Shown here: positions 1 to 9,535 of the stretch, piece after piece
Layout of the letters: the number at the start of each line of letters is the position of its first letter
Numbering within the stretch: the stretch's first letter is position 1
Sequence record: PV173775
DNA: 64,000 nucleotides
Reading direction: 5' to 3' (one strand)
DNA from: Escherichia phage GEP001
The notes under the pieces: model-generated
What the model saw: the letters and a program-made list of their open reading frames with translations, nothing else
What the model was told of the DNA's origin: nothing
The model's database searches: none
Translations under genes and position numbers: made by a program

Positions 1-1
1 T

Positions 2-301
2 TTAAGCGATGAAGCCCATTTTAATTATCTGATGGCTGCTGTTCCTCAGGGTAAAAGATATGGTAAATGGGCAAAACTGGTTGAAGATTCTACCGAAGTA
101 TTGATTATTAAGTTACTTGCTAAGCGGTATCAAGTTAATACAAATGATGCAATTAACTATAAATCAATTCTTACTAAAAATGGAAAACTTCCTTTAGTAT
201 TAAAAGAACTAAAAGGTTTAGTCACGGATGATTTTTTGAAAGAAGTGACTAAGAACGTAAAAGAACAGAAACAACTCAAAAAACTAGCATTGGAATGGTA
301 A
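2..301 (+). CDS. 62: clamp-loader small subunit gp62, C-terminal part (5' end lies outside window)
   Basis: Frame is open from the window edge to TAA at 299-301; lies immediately upstream of regA as in T4-type order 62-regA-43. Assignment is positional. Confidence 0.6.
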   Translation, partial: LSDEAHFNYLMAAVPQGKRYGKWAKLVEDSTEVLIIKLLAKRYQVNTNDAINYKSILTKNGKLPLVLKELKGLVTDDFLKEVTKNVKEQKQLKKLALEW

Positions 302-302
302 A

Positions 303-671
303 ATGATTGAAATTACTCTTAAAAAACCTGAAGATTTTCTGAAAGTTAAAGAAACCTTGACTCGCATGGGAATTGCTAATAATAAAGATAAAGTTCTGTA
401 TCAATCCTGTCATATTCTCCAGAAAAAAGGACTATACTATATCGTCCATTTTAAAGAAATGCTTCGTATGGATGGCCGTCAGGTTGAAATGACAGAAGAA
501 GATGAAGTTCGTCGTGATTCGATTGCATGGCTGTTAGAAGATTGGGGACTGATTGAAATCGCTCCAGGTCAAAGAACTTTTATGAAAGATTTAACTAATA
601 ACTTCCGAGTTATTTCTTTTAAGCAAAAACATGAATGGAAACTCGTTCCTAAATATACGATTGGAAATTAA
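303..671 (+). CDS. regA: RegA translational repressor
   Basis: 122 aa; sequence MIEITLKKPEDFLKVKETLTRMGIANNKDKVLYQSCHILQKKGLYYIVHFKEM... recognised as T4 RegA; located between 62 and 43. Confidence 0.9.
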   Translation: MIEITLKKPEDFLKVKETLTRMGIANNKDKVLYQSCHILQKKGLYYIVHFKEMLRMDGRQVEMTEEDEVRRDSIAWLLEDWGLIEIAPGQRTFMKDLTNNFRVISFKQKHEWKLVPKYTIGN

Positions 672-673
672 GC

Positions 674-691
674 AAGGGGCTTCGGCCCCTT
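674..691 (+). terminator. stem-loop aaggggc-ttcg-gcccctt after regA (weak U tract)
   Basis: 7-bp GC-rich inverted repeat with UUCG loop read directly from sequence. Confidence 0.45.
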
Positions 692-699
692 ATTTGGAG

Positions 700-749
700 T
701 ATAATATATCAAGAGCCTAATAACTCGGGCTATAAACTAAGGAATATCT
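700..749 (+). promoter_or_regulatory. gene 43 5' leader with small hairpin and RBS (candidate gp43 translational operator)
   Basis: Sequence gagcctaataactcgggctataaactaaggaatatctATG; T4 DNA polymerase is known to autoregulate via an operator hairpin just upstream of its RBS. Confidence 0.4.
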
Positions 750-3446
750 ATGAAAGAATTTTATATCTCTATCGAAACAGTCGGAAATAATATTGTTGAA
801 CGTTATATTGATGAAAATGGAAAGGAACGTACTCGTGAAGTAGAATATCTTCCGACTATGTTTAGGCATTGTAAGGAAGAGTCAAAATACAAAGACATTT
901 ATGGTAAAAATTGCGCTCCTCAAAAATTTCCATCAATGAAAGATGCACGAGACTGGATGAAACGAATGGAAGATATCGGTCTCGAAGCTCTCGGTATGAA
1001 CGATTTTAAACTCGCTTATATCAGTGATACATATGGTTCAGAAATTGTTTATGACCGAAAATTTGTTCGTGTAGCTAACTGTGACATTGAGGTTACTGGT
1101 GATAAATTTCCTGACCCAATGAAAGCAGAATATGAAATTGATGCTATCACTCATTATGATTCAATTGACGACCGTTTTTACGTCTTTGATTTGTTGAATT
1201 CAATGTACGGTTCAGTATCAAAATGGGATGCAAAGTTAGCTGCTAAGCTTGACTGTGAAGGTGGTGATGAAGTTCCTCAGGAAATTCTTGACCGAGTAAT
1301 TTATATGCCATTCGATAATGAGCGTGATATGCTCATGGAATATATTAATCTCTGGGAACAGAAACGACCTGCTATTTTTACCGGTTGGAATATTGAGGGA
1401 TTTGACGTTCCGTATATCATGAATCGCGTTAAAATGGTTCTCGGTGAACGTAGTATGAAACGCTTCTCTCCAATCGGTCGAGTAAAATCTAAACTAATTC
1501 AAAATATGTACGGTAGCAAAGAAATTTATTCTATTGATGGCGTATCTATTCTTGATTATTTAGATTTGTACAAGAAATTCGCATTTACTAATTTGCCATC
1601 ATTCTCTTTGGAATCAGTTGCTCAACATGAAACCAAAAAAGGTAAATTGCCGTACGATGGTCCTATTAATAAACTTCGTGAGACTAATCATCAACGATAC
1701 ATTAGTTATAACATTATTGACGTAGAATCAGTTCAAGCAATTGATAAAATTCGTGGGTTTATCGATCTAGTTTTAAGTATGTCTTATTATGCTAAAATGC
1801 CTTTTTCTGGCGTAATGAGTCCTATTAAAACTTGGGATGCTATTATTTTTAACTCATTGAAAGGTGAACATAAGGTTATTCCTCAACAAGGTTCGCACGT
1901 TAAACAAAGTTTTCCAGGTGCATTTGTGTTTGAACCTAAAGCGATTGCCCGTCGATACATTATGAGTTTTGACTTGACGTCTTTGTATCCTAGCATTATT
2001 CGTCAGGTTAACATTAGTCCTGAGACTATTCGTGGACAGTTTAAAGTTCATCCAATTCATGAATATATCGCAGGAACAGCTCCTAAACCAAGTGATGAGT
2101 ATTCATGTTCTCCGAATGGATGGATGTATGATAAGCATCAAGAAGGTATCATTCCAAAGGAAATCGCTAAAGTATTTTTCCAACGTAAAGATTGGAAAAA
2201 GAAAATGTTCGCTGAAGAAATGAATGCCGAAGCTATTAAAAAGATTATTATGAAAGGTGCAGGGTCTTGTTCAACTAAACCGGAAGTTGAACGATATGTT
2301 AAGTTCAATGATGATTTCTTAAATGAATTATCGAATTACACCGAATCTGTTCTTAATAGTCTGATCGAAGAATGTGAAAAAGCAGCTACACTTGCTAACA
2401 CAAATCAGCTGAACCGTAAAATTCTTATTAACAGTCTTTATGGTGCTCTTGGCAATATTCATTTCCGTTACTATGATTTGCGAAATGCTACTGCTATCAC
2501 AATTTTTGGTCAAGTTGGTATTCAGTGGATTGCTCGTAAAATTAATGAATACCTGAATAAAGTATGTGGAACTGATGGTGAAGATTTCATTGCAGCAGGT
2601 GATACTGATTCGGTATATGTCTGTGTAGATAAAGTTATTGAAAAAGTAGGTCTTGACCGCTTTAAAGAACAAAATGATTTAGTTGAATTCATGAATCAGT
2701 TTGGTAAGAAAAAGATGGAACCTATGATTGATGTTGCATATCGTGAGTTATGTGATTATATGAATAACCGCGAGCATCTGATGCATATGGACCGTGAAGC
2801 TATTTCTTGCCCTCCACTTGGTTCAAAGGGTGTTGGTGGATTTTGGAAAGCGAAAAAACGTTATGCTCTAAACGTTTATGATATGGAAGATAAGCGATTT
2901 GCCGAACCGCATCTAAAAATCATGGGTATGGAAACTCAACAAAGTTCAACACCAAAAGCAGTACAAGAAGCTCTCGAAGAAAGTATTCGTCGTATTCTTC
3001 AGGAAGGCGAAGAGTCTGTCCAAGAATACTACAAGAACTTTGAGAAAGAATATCGTCAACTTGACTATAAAGTTATTGCTGAAGTAAAAACTGCGAATGA
3101 TATAGCGAAATATGATGATAAAGGTTGGCCAGGATTTAAATGCCCGTTCCACATTCGCGGTGTGCTAACTTATCGTCGAGCTGTTAGTGGTTTAGGTGTA
3201 GCTCCAATTTTGGATGGAAATAAGGTAATGGTTCTTCCATTACGTGAGGGAAATCCATTTGGTGATAAGTGCATTGCTTGGCCGTCGGGTACGGAACTTC
3301 CAAAAGAAATTCGTTCTGATGTACTGTCTTGGATTGACTACTCAACTTTGTTCCAAAAATCGTTTGTTAAACCGCTTGCGGGTATGTGTGAATCGGCAGG
3401 TATGGACTATGAGGAAAAAGCTTCGTTAGACTTCCTGTTTGGCTGA
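750..3446 (+). CDS. 43: DNA polymerase gp43 (family B, 3'-5' exonuclease)
   Basis: 898 aa, same length as T4 gp43; N-terminus MKEFYISIETVGNNIVERYIDENGKERTREVEY...; polymerase motifs DxxSLYPS and YGDTDS present. Confidence 0.97.
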   Translation: MKEFYISIETVGNNIVERYIDENGKERTREVEYLPTMFRHCKEESKYKDIYGKNCAPQKFPSMKDARDWMKRMEDIGLEALGMNDFKLAYISDTYGSEIVYDRKFVRVANCDIEVTGDKFPDPMKAEYEIDAITHYDSIDDRFYVFDLLNSMYGSVSKWDAKLAAKLDCEGGDEVPQEILDRVIYMPFDNERDMLMEYINLWEQKRPAIFTGWNIEGFDVPYIMNRVKMVLGERSMKRFSPIGRVKSKLIQNMYGSKEIYSIDGVSILDYLDLYKKFAFTNLPSFSLESVAQHETKKGKLPYDGPINKLRETNHQRYISYNIIDVESVQAIDKIRGFIDLVLSMSYYAKMPFSGVMSPIKTWDAIIFNSLKGEHKVIPQQGSHVKQSFPGAFVFEPKAIARRYIMSFDLTSLYPSIIRQVNISPETIRGQFKVHPIHEYIAGTAPKPSDEYSCSPNGWMYDKHQEGIIPKEIAKVFFQRKDWKKKMFAEEMNAEAIKKIIMKGAGSCSTKPEVERYVKFNDDFLNELSNYTESVLNSLIEECEKAATLANTNQLNRKILINSLYGALGNIHFRYYDLRNATAITIFGQVGIQWIARKINEYLNKVCGTDGEDFIAAGDTDSVYVCVDKVIEKVGLDRFKEQNDLVEFMNQFGKKKMEPMIDVAYRELCDYMNNREHLMHMDREAISCPPLGSKGVGGFWKAKKRYALNVYDMEDKRFAEPHLKIMGMETQQSSTPKAVQEALEESIRRILQEGEESVQEYYKNFEKEYRQLDYKVIAEVKTANDIAKYDDKGWPGFKCPFHIRGVLTYRRAVSGLGVAPILDGNKVMVLPLREGNPFGDKCIAWPSGTELPKEIRSDVLSWIDYSTLFQKSFVKPLAGMCESAGMDYEEKASLDFLFG

Positions 3447-3459
3447 TAGAATAAATCTA

Positions 3460-3481
3460 GGGACCTCCGGGTCCCTTTTTC
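3460..3481 (+). terminator. intrinsic terminator gggacc-tccg-ggtccc + T5
   Basis: Perfect 6-bp stem, 4-nt loop, followed by ttttt, directly after gene 43 stop. Confidence 0.7.
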
Positions 3482-3563
3482 ATACAAGTAATATAAATCT
3501 ATACTTAGGAAAAATAGATGATTCTGGACCTCTGGAATTCATTAAAAAATTTTTCACAAAATG

Positions 3564-3594
3564 GTTTACAAGACTGTTCCTCTGTGGTACTATA
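3564..3594 (+). promoter_or_regulatory. early promoter (GTTTAC -35, 18-bp spacer, TACTAT -10)
   Basis: gtttacaagactgttcctctgtggtactatac; matches the T4 early promoter pattern; 30-bp block nearly identical to promoter at 32737. Confidence 0.6.
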
Positions 3595-3627
3595 CAACTA
3601 TCAACTGATGCGGATTTGGAGAATGAA

Positions 3628-4008
3628 ATGAAAATCGCTATTTTGGTTATTGCATTGGGTCTTACTGGTTGTGTAGCTCAAGGACCAGTAGTAAATCAGT
3701 CTGATGTAGGAAAAATTGTAAACTGCTCAAGCAAATTTTATAATCCTAATGTTAAGTGTTATAAAGAAGCTCCAAAACAGACAGTAGAACAAATGCAGGC
3801 GAATTTTGACGAAGCTATTCGTCCAGATGAATCTGCCCAAGCATATCGTAATTCAGATGTAATTACACGCGAAGAAAAAATTGAAAGCTACTGCGCTGAA
3901 CTTTGGGCTAATTGGGCTAATAATTACCAATGGCGTACTGGTAAAAATGCTCCGATGGAGTATGTAGTGAATTCTTATAATTCATGTGTAAAAAATTTGA
4001 CTAAGTGA
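3628..4008 (+). CDS. small lipoprotein (imm.1-like), internal start of the 189-codon track ORF
   Basis: MKIAILVIALGLTGC signal peptide with lipobox; the track ORF start at 3439 overlaps gene 43 and includes the promoter, so the Met at 3628 is preferred. Confidence 0.55.
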   Translation: MKIAILVIALGLTGCVAQGPVVNQSDVGKIVNCSSKFYNPNVKCYKEAPKQTVEQMQANFDEAIRPDESAQAYRNSDVITREEKIESYCAELWANWANNYQWRTGKNAPMEYVVNSYNSCVKNLTK

Positions 4009-4015
4009 GGAAAAC

Positions 4016-4267
4016 ATGGAAACTTTAGTAGCAGGTTCAATTTTTATGGTTTTAGTTTCAGGCGTGTTGGCTATTATTATATACATGCTTCCATGGTTCA
4101 TCGCCTTGATGCGTGGGTCAAAATCGACAGTAGGAATCTTTTTCACATCTTTACTGTTTAACTGGTCAATTATTGGTTGGTTTATTACATTTATTTGGTC
4201 AATTGCGGGTGAAACTAAAAAATCTGCACAGCAAAACCAAGTAATTATCATCAGAGAGAAGGAATGA
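4016..4267 (+). CDS. imm: Imm superinfection immunity membrane protein
   Basis: 83 aa, two hydrophobic segments, position between 43 and 42 as in T4. Confidence 0.8.
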   Translation: METLVAGSIFMVLVSGVLAIIIYMLPWFIALMRGSKSTVGIFFTSLLFNWSIIGWFITFIWSIAGETKKSAQQNQVIIIREKE

Positions 4268-4413
4268 AAAGCAAAATTATAGCAGTGTTGCTTTTAATCT
4301 TGATGATTATAATAAGTATATACTATAGTGTAACGGTTCCTCTTATGATTCCAACGCTTATTATAGGGTGGAGTTTATTACTGTTACAAGTTAAATATGA
4401 ATGTATCAATTGA
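4264..4413 (+). CDS. small hydrophobic protein (49 aa)
   Basis: ATG overlaps imm stop (ATGA); MKSKIIAVLLLILMIIISIYYSVTVPLMIPTLIIGWSLLLLQVKYECIN; below the ORF-track size cutoff. Confidence 0.4.
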   Translation: MKSKIIAVLLLILMIIISIYYSVTVPLMIPTLIIGWSLLLLQVKYECIN

Positions 4414-4420
4414 GGTTTAA

Positions 4421-5161
4421 ATGATTAATGACTCTATGACAGTTGAAGAAATCCGTCTTCATTTGGGAATTGCATTAAAGGAAAAAGATTTCGTAATTGA
4501 TAAAACCGGTGTTAAAACTATTGAAATTATTGGTGCATCATTTGTAGCAGATGAACCTTTTATTTTTGGCGCTCTTAATGATGAATACATTCAGCGTGAA
4601 CTTGAATGGTATAAGTCTCAAAGTTTGTTTGTTAAAGATATTCCAGGTGAAACGCCGAAGATTTGGCAGCAGGTAGCATCTTCTAAAGGCGAAATTAACT
4701 CGAATTATGGTTGGGCCATCTGGTCAGAAGATAACTATGCCCAGTATGATATGTGTTTAGCTGAACTTGGTCAAAATCCTGATTCTCGCCGCGGTATCAT
4801 GATTTATACTCGTCCATCCATGCAGTTTGACTACAATAAAGATGGCATGTCAGATTTCATGTGTACGAATACAGTGCAGTACCTGATTCGTGATAAGAAA
4901 GTCAATGCAGTGGTTAACATGCGTTCAAATGACGTGGTCTTCGGATTCCGTAATGATTATGCATGGCAAAAATACGTACTAGATAAATTAGTATCTGATT
5001 TGAATGCAGGTGATTCAACTCGTCAGTATAAAGCAGGTTCCATTATATGGAATGTCGGGAGCCTTCATGTGTATTCCCGTCATTTTTATTTGGTTGACCA
5101 TTGGTGGAAAACTGGCGAAACTCATATTGCGAAAAAAGATTATAACGGTGAGTGGAAATGA
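4421..5161 (+). CDS. 42: dCMP hydroxymethylase gp42
   Basis: 246 aa; sequence recognised as T4 gp42 (thymidylate-synthase fold). Confidence 0.95.
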   Translation: MINDSMTVEEIRLHLGIALKEKDFVIDKTGVKTIEIIGASFVADEPFIFGALNDEYIQRELEWYKSQSLFVKDIPGETPKIWQQVASSKGEINSNYGWAIWSEDNYAQYDMCLAELGQNPDSRRGIMIYTRPSMQFDYNKDGMSDFMCTNTVQYLIRDKKVNAVVNMRSNDVVFGFRNDYAWQKYVLDKLVSDLNAGDSTRQYKAGSIIWNVGSLHVYSRHFYLVDHWWKTGETHIAKKDYNGEWK

Positions 5162-6000
5162 TTCAATTCGTAATTCCAAGCTATCAACGCGTAGGGGCAG
5201 TTTCTGCCCTTGATATGTTTCCGACTGATTATGAACCTCATATTGTAGTACGTGAACACGAAGAAAAAGCTTATTATGACGCTTACGGGTCTAGAGCTAA
5301 AATTATAACTATTCCTGATGATGTTAATGGAATTGCTGGTACTCGTAAAGCAATTACTGATATGTATGCAGGTCAACGAATCTGGATGATTGATGATGAT
5401 ACTACTATTCGTATGAGTTCAATGCGAAAGAAAGATGATCGTCGCTGCGTAGATAAAATTAATCAATTAACCCGTGAACAGTTCTATGAATTGATTCAAT
5501 ACGTGGAAGATGCCATGGATTGCGGGTATTATCATGGTCATGCTCGTTTACCAATTTTTAAAATTACTTCATCTTGGGGTAATTATCGTGAAAATTCATA
5601 TGGATTCACGAATACCTGGTATGATTTAGGAAAACTTACAACAGAACAAATTGGGTATGGAAAAATTGATTTATGCGAAGATATGTATGCATTTCTCAAT
5701 TTAATTAATCAAGGTTATCCGCATTTGGCCTTGTTCAAATATCTGGTTGTATCTGGAAAAGCACAAGCTCCTGGCGGGTGCAGTTCAATTCGTAGTAATT
5801 CTAAACATAATAGAGCGCTTGAGCAAATCAATAGAGAGTTTCCAGAGCAAGCTCGTTGGAAAACTTCTAATATTGAAAAACGAAAATCGTTGGGTGAAGA
5901 AGACGAGCCATTAAAGGTTCTTCGCATGTGTGTTTCGCGCAAAGAAAAGTCAGAAGCATTTCATAAGTTTAATGCTATTCATCCAATAGCAGTTGATTAA
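5158..6000 (+). CDS. putative HMC-DNA glucosyltransferase (GT-A, DxD motif), at the locus where T4 has beta-gt
   Basis: 280 aa from the ATG overlapping the gene 42 stop; WMIDDDTTI DxD motif; not the 351-aa T4 beta-gt; T2/T6 are known to carry a beta-alpha-glucosyltransferase here. Confidence 0.55.
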   Translation: MIQFVIPSYQRVGAVSALDMFPTDYEPHIVVREHEEKAYYDAYGSRAKIITIPDDVNGIAGTRKAITDMYAGQRIWMIDDDTTIRMSSMRKKDDRRCVDKINQLTREQFYELIQYVEDAMDCGYYHGHARLPIFKITSSWGNYRENSYGFTNTWYDLGKLTTEQIGYGKIDLCEDMYAFLNLINQGYPHLALFKYLVVSGKAQAPGGCSSIRSNSKHNRALEQINREFPEQARWKTSNIEKRKSLGEEDEPLKVLRMCVSRKEKSEAFHKFNAIHPIAVD

Positions 6001-6077
6001 TGCCTAAATTTATTGTGTTATAATTACTCTATCTTTAACCAGTGAGGAAAATATAATGATGCCTATGGAAAAAATGA

Positions 6078-7259
6078 ATGTCTATTGCAGATTTAAAATC
6101 CCGTTTGATTAAAGCTTCCACTTCTAAAATGACTGCTGAACTGACTACATCTAAATTCTTTAATGAAAAGGATGTAATCCGTACAAAAATCCCAATGCTT
6201 AATATCGCTATTTCTGGTGCGATTGATGGTGGTATGCAGTCTGGTTTAACCATTTTTGCAGGTCCTTCTAAACACTTTAAATCAAATATGTCTTTGACTA
6301 TGGTTGCGGCGTATTTGAACAAATATCCTGACGCAGTTTGTCTATTCTATGATAGCGAATTTGGTATTACTCCAGCTTATTTGCGATCCATGGGAGTTGA
6401 CCCGGAACGAGTAATTCATACACCAATCCAGTCAGTTGAACAACTGAAAATTGATATGGTGAATCAGCTTGAAGCTATTGAGCGTGGTGAAAAGGTTATT
6501 GTATTCATCGACTCAATCGGTAATATGGCTTCTAAGAAAGAAACGGAAGATGCCTTGAATGAAAAATCTGTGGCAGATATGACTCGTGCTAAATCACTGA
6601 AGTCATTATTCCGTATTGTTACTCCTTATTTTAGTATTAAAAACATTCCATGTGTTGCGGTTAACCATACAATTGAAACAATTGAAATGTTTAGTAAAAC
6701 CGTGATGACAGGTGGTACAGGCGTAATGTATTCGGCTGATACTGTATTCATTATCGGTAAACGTCAGATTAAAGATGGTTCTGATCTTCAGGGGTATCAA
6801 TTTGTTCTAAATGTAGAAAAATCTCGTACTGTCAAAGAAAAAAGTAAATTCTTTATTGATGTTAAATTTGACGGTGGTATCGATCCTTATTCTGGATTGT
6901 TAGATATGGCTCTTGAATTAGGATTTGTGGTAAAACCTAAAAATGGCTGGTATGCTCGTGAATTTCTTGACGAAGAAACCGGCGAGATGATTCGCGAAGA
7001 AAAATCTTGGCGTGCAAAAGATACCAATTGCACTACATTCTGGGGTCCTTTATTTAAACATCAGCCATTCCGAGATGCTATTAAACGTGCTTATCAGTTA
7101 GGTGCTATTGATAGCAATGAAATTGTTGAAGCTGAAGTTGATGAATTGATTAACTCAAAGGTTGAAAAATTTAAATCTCCAGAAAGTAAAAGTAAATCAG
7201 TAGCTGATTTAGAAACTGACCTAGATCAGTTAAGTGATATGGAAGAATTTAATGAATAA
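6078..7259 (+). CDS. uvsX: UvsX recombinase (RecA/Rad51 family)
   Basis: 393 aa; Walker A GPSKHFKS; sequence recognised as T4 UvsX. Confidence 0.95.
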   Translation: MSIADLKSRLIKASTSKMTAELTTSKFFNEKDVIRTKIPMLNIAISGAIDGGMQSGLTIFAGPSKHFKSNMSLTMVAAYLNKYPDAVCLFYDSEFGITPAYLRSMGVDPERVIHTPIQSVEQLKIDMVNQLEAIERGEKVIVFIDSIGNMASKKETEDALNEKSVADMTRAKSLKSLFRIVTPYFSIKNIPCVAVNHTIETIEMFSKTVMTGGTGVMYSADTVFIIGKRQIKDGSDLQGYQFVLNVEKSRTVKEKSKFFIDVKFDGGIDPYSGLLDMALELGFVVKPKNGWYAREFLDEETGEMIREEKSWRAKDTNCTTFWGPLFKHQPFRDAIKRAYQLGAIDSNEIVEAEVDELINSKVEKFKSPESKSKSVADLETDLDQLSDMEEFNE

Positions 7260-7596
7260 AGATGATTTAGATTTAGATCTAGAAATTATCGATGAATCCC
7301 CCTCTTCGGAGGGGGAAGAAGAAAGAAAAGAACGTCTTTTTAATGAATCTCTTAAGATAATTAAATCTGCCATGGAAAATGTTATCCAGGAGATTGTCAT
7401 TAAACTAGAAGATGGTTCTACACACATTGTGTATGTGACAAAATTAGATTGGGTTGATGGAAAAGTCGTAATGGACTTTGCTGTTCTTGATCAAGAAAGA
7501 AAAGCTGAGTTAGCTCCTCATGTAGAAAAATGTATTACAATGCAACTACAAGATGCATTTAATAAAAGGTCAAAGAAAAAATTTAAATTCTTTTAA
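7252..7596 (+). CDS. 40: gp40 head-vertex assembly chaperone
   Basis: 114 aa from internal Met (MNKDDLDLDL...), matching T4 gp40 length; lies between uvsX and 41. Confidence 0.65.
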   Translation: MNKDDLDLDLEIIDESPSSEGEEERKERLFNESLKIIKSAMENVIQEIVIKLEDGSTHIVYVTKLDWVDGKVVMDFAVLDQERKAELAPHVEKCITMQLQDAFNKRSKKKFKFF

Positions 7597-7605
7597 GGAG
7601 TAAGT

Positions 7606-9033
7606 GTGGTAGAAATTATTCTTTCTCATCTCATATTTGATCAAGCTTATTTTTCAAAAGTTTGGCCATATATGGATTCAGAATATTTTGAAAGTGGTCC
7701 AGCTAAAAATACATTCAAATTAATTAAATCTCATGTCAATGAGTACCATAGCGTTCCATCTATTAATGCGTTAAATGTTGCATTAGAAAATAGTTCATTT
7801 ACTGAAACAGAATATTCTGGTGTAAAAACACTTATTTCGAAACTAACCGATTCTCCAGAAGACCATAGCTGGTTAGTAAAAGAAACAGAAAAATACGTTC
7901 AGCAAAGGGCGATGTTTAATGCTACGTCTAAAATAATTGAAATTCAAACTAATGCTGAGCTTCCTCCGGAAAAACGCAATAAGAAAATGCCAGATGTAGG
8001 TGCTATTCCTGACATCATGCGCCAAGCATTATCAATTTCATTTGATAGTTACGTTGGTCATGATTGGATGGATGACTACGAAGCACGTTGGCTATCTTAT
8101 ATGAATAAAGCTCGTAAGGTTCCATTTAAACTCAAAATTCTAAATAAAATTACTAAAGGCGGAGCTGAAACTGGAACACTGAATGTTTTAATGGCTGGTG
8201 TTAACGTTGGTAAGTCATTAGGTCTGTGTTCATTGGCAGCAGATTATTTGCAGCTCGGACATAATGTTCTTTACATTTCCATGGAAATGGCTGAAGAAGT
8301 CTGTGCTAAACGTATTGATGCTAATATGCTTGATGTTTCTCTTGATGACATTGATGATGGGCATATTTCTTACGCTGAGTATAAAGGAAAAATGGAAAAA
8401 TGGCGTGAGAAATCTACTCTCGGTCGTTTAATCGTTAAACAGTATCCTACTGGTGGAGCAGACGCTAATACATTTCGATCGCTTTTAAACGAATTGAAGC
8501 TCAAGAAGAATTTTGTTCCAACAATCATTATTGTCGACTATCTAGGTATTTGTAAATCTTGCCGCATCAGAGTTTACTCAGAAAATAGTTACACAACTGT
8601 TAAAGCCATCGCAGAAGAATTGCGTGCTCTGGCTGTTGAAACCGAAACTGTTCTTTGGACTGCAGCACAGGTTGGTAAGCAAGCTTGGGATTCTTCTGAT
8701 GTTAACATGAGCGATATTGCAGAATCTGCCGGTCTTCCAGCAACAGCCGATTTTATGCTTGCGGTCATTGAAACTGAGGAGTTAGCAGCTGCTGAACAAC
8801 AACTCATTAAGCAAATCAAATCACGATATGGCGATAAGAATAAATGGAATAAGTTTTTGATGGGTGTTCAAAAAGGAAATCAGAAATGGGTAGAAATTGA
8901 ACAAGATTCTACTCCAACTGAAGTGAACGAAGTGGCAGGTTCACAGCAGATTCAAGCTGAGCAGAATCGCTATCAAAGAAACGAATCCGCTCGAGCTCAG
9001 TTAGATGCTTTGGCAAACGAATTAAAATTTTAG
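7606..9033 (+). CDS. 41: replicative DNA helicase gp41 (DnaB-like)
   Basis: 475 aa; GTG start; Walker A GVNVGKS; sequence recognised as T4 gp41. Confidence 0.95.
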   Translation: MVEIILSHLIFDQAYFSKVWPYMDSEYFESGPAKNTFKLIKSHVNEYHSVPSINALNVALENSSFTETEYSGVKTLISKLTDSPEDHSWLVKETEKYVQQRAMFNATSKIIEIQTNAELPPEKRNKKMPDVGAIPDIMRQALSISFDSYVGHDWMDDYEARWLSYMNKARKVPFKLKILNKITKGGAETGTLNVLMAGVNVGKSLGLCSLAADYLQLGHNVLYISMEMAEEVCAKRIDANMLDVSLDDIDDGHISYAEYKGKMEKWREKSTLGRLIVKQYPTGGADANTFRSLLNELKLKKNFVPTIIIVDYLGICKSCRIRVYSENSYTTVKAIAEELRALAVETETVLWTAAQVGKQAWDSSDVNMSDIAESAGLPATADFMLAVIETEELAAAEQQLIKQIKSRYGDKNKWNKFLMGVQKGNQKWVEIEQDSTPTEVNEVAGSQQIQAEQNRYQRNESARAQLDALANELKF

Positions 9034-9073
9034 TTTACAAGCCGACAAGACTATGGTATAGTAGTCTTGTCGG
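9033..9073 (+). promoter_or_regulatory. early promoter with 11-bp perfect inverted repeat (ccgacaagact / agtcttgtcgg) bracketing the -10
   Basis: GTTTAC 9033-9038, TATAGT 9057-9062, arms 9042-9052 and 9063-9073. Confidence 0.55.
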
Positions 9074-9091
9074 TTAAATGAGGAGATTTTT

Positions 9092-9274
9092 ATGGAATTG
9101 GTAAAGGTAGTTTTTATGGGGTGGTTTAAGAATGAAAGCATGTTTACTAAAGAAATCACAATGATGAAAGATGACGTTCAATGGGCTACTACTCAATATG
9201 CTGAAGTTAATAAAGCGCTAGTTAAAGCTTTCATTGATGACAAGAAAGTATGCGAAGTGGATTGCCGAGGATAA
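9092..9274 (+). CDS. dmd: Dmd antitoxin (inhibitor of RnlA/LsoA RNase toxins)
   Basis: 60 aa; MELVKVVFMGWFKNESMFTKEITMMKDDVQWATTQYAEVNKALVKAFIDDKKVCEVDCRG recognised as T4 Dmd (61.5). Confidence 0.8.
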   Translation: MELVKVVFMGWFKNESMFTKEITMMKDDVQWATTQYAEVNKALVKAFIDDKKVCEVDCRG

Positions 9275-9275
9275 T

Positions 9276-9533
9276 ATGCATATTGTTTTATTTAAACCTA
9301 CTCCGTATAACGTCAGGAAAAATACTCAATTCAAAGCACTTATCGCAGATACGTGGGAATTGGTATTAGATATTCCAGCAGAAGAAAGCCCTCCATTTGG
9401 TCGAGTGGAATTTATTAAGTTTGCTGTGCGCCCTACAAAGCGGCAGATTCGCCAATGCAAAAGATACTTTCGTAAAATCGTCAAGTTAGAGAAACAGTTT
9501 GTAACATGTGATTATACAGAAGTTTTAAAATAG
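9276..9533 (+). CDS. hypothetical protein (basic, 85 aa)
   Basis: ATG preceded by GAGGA RBS immediately after dmd stop; the track ORF start at 9234 overlaps dmd. Confidence 0.55.
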   Translation: MHIVLFKPTPYNVRKNTQFKALIADTWELVLDIPAEESPPFGRVEFIKFAVRPTKRQIRQCKRYFRKIVKLEKQFVTCDYTEVLK

Positions 9534-9535
9534 TA

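Noticed and set aside
1854-3152. Minus-strand ORFs of 68-114 codons (1854-2060, 2328-2672, 2946-3152) and plus-strand ORFs 2032-2223 and 3244-3429, all inside gene 43
   Set aside because: Fully embedded in the well-supported DNA polymerase gene with no RBS or promoter; low-complexity translations typical of AT-rich antisense frames.
3439-4008. 189-codon version of the ORF downstream of gene 43
   Set aside because: The upstream part overlaps the gene 43 stop, a terminator and an early promoter; the internal Met at 3628 with a signal peptide is the plausible start.
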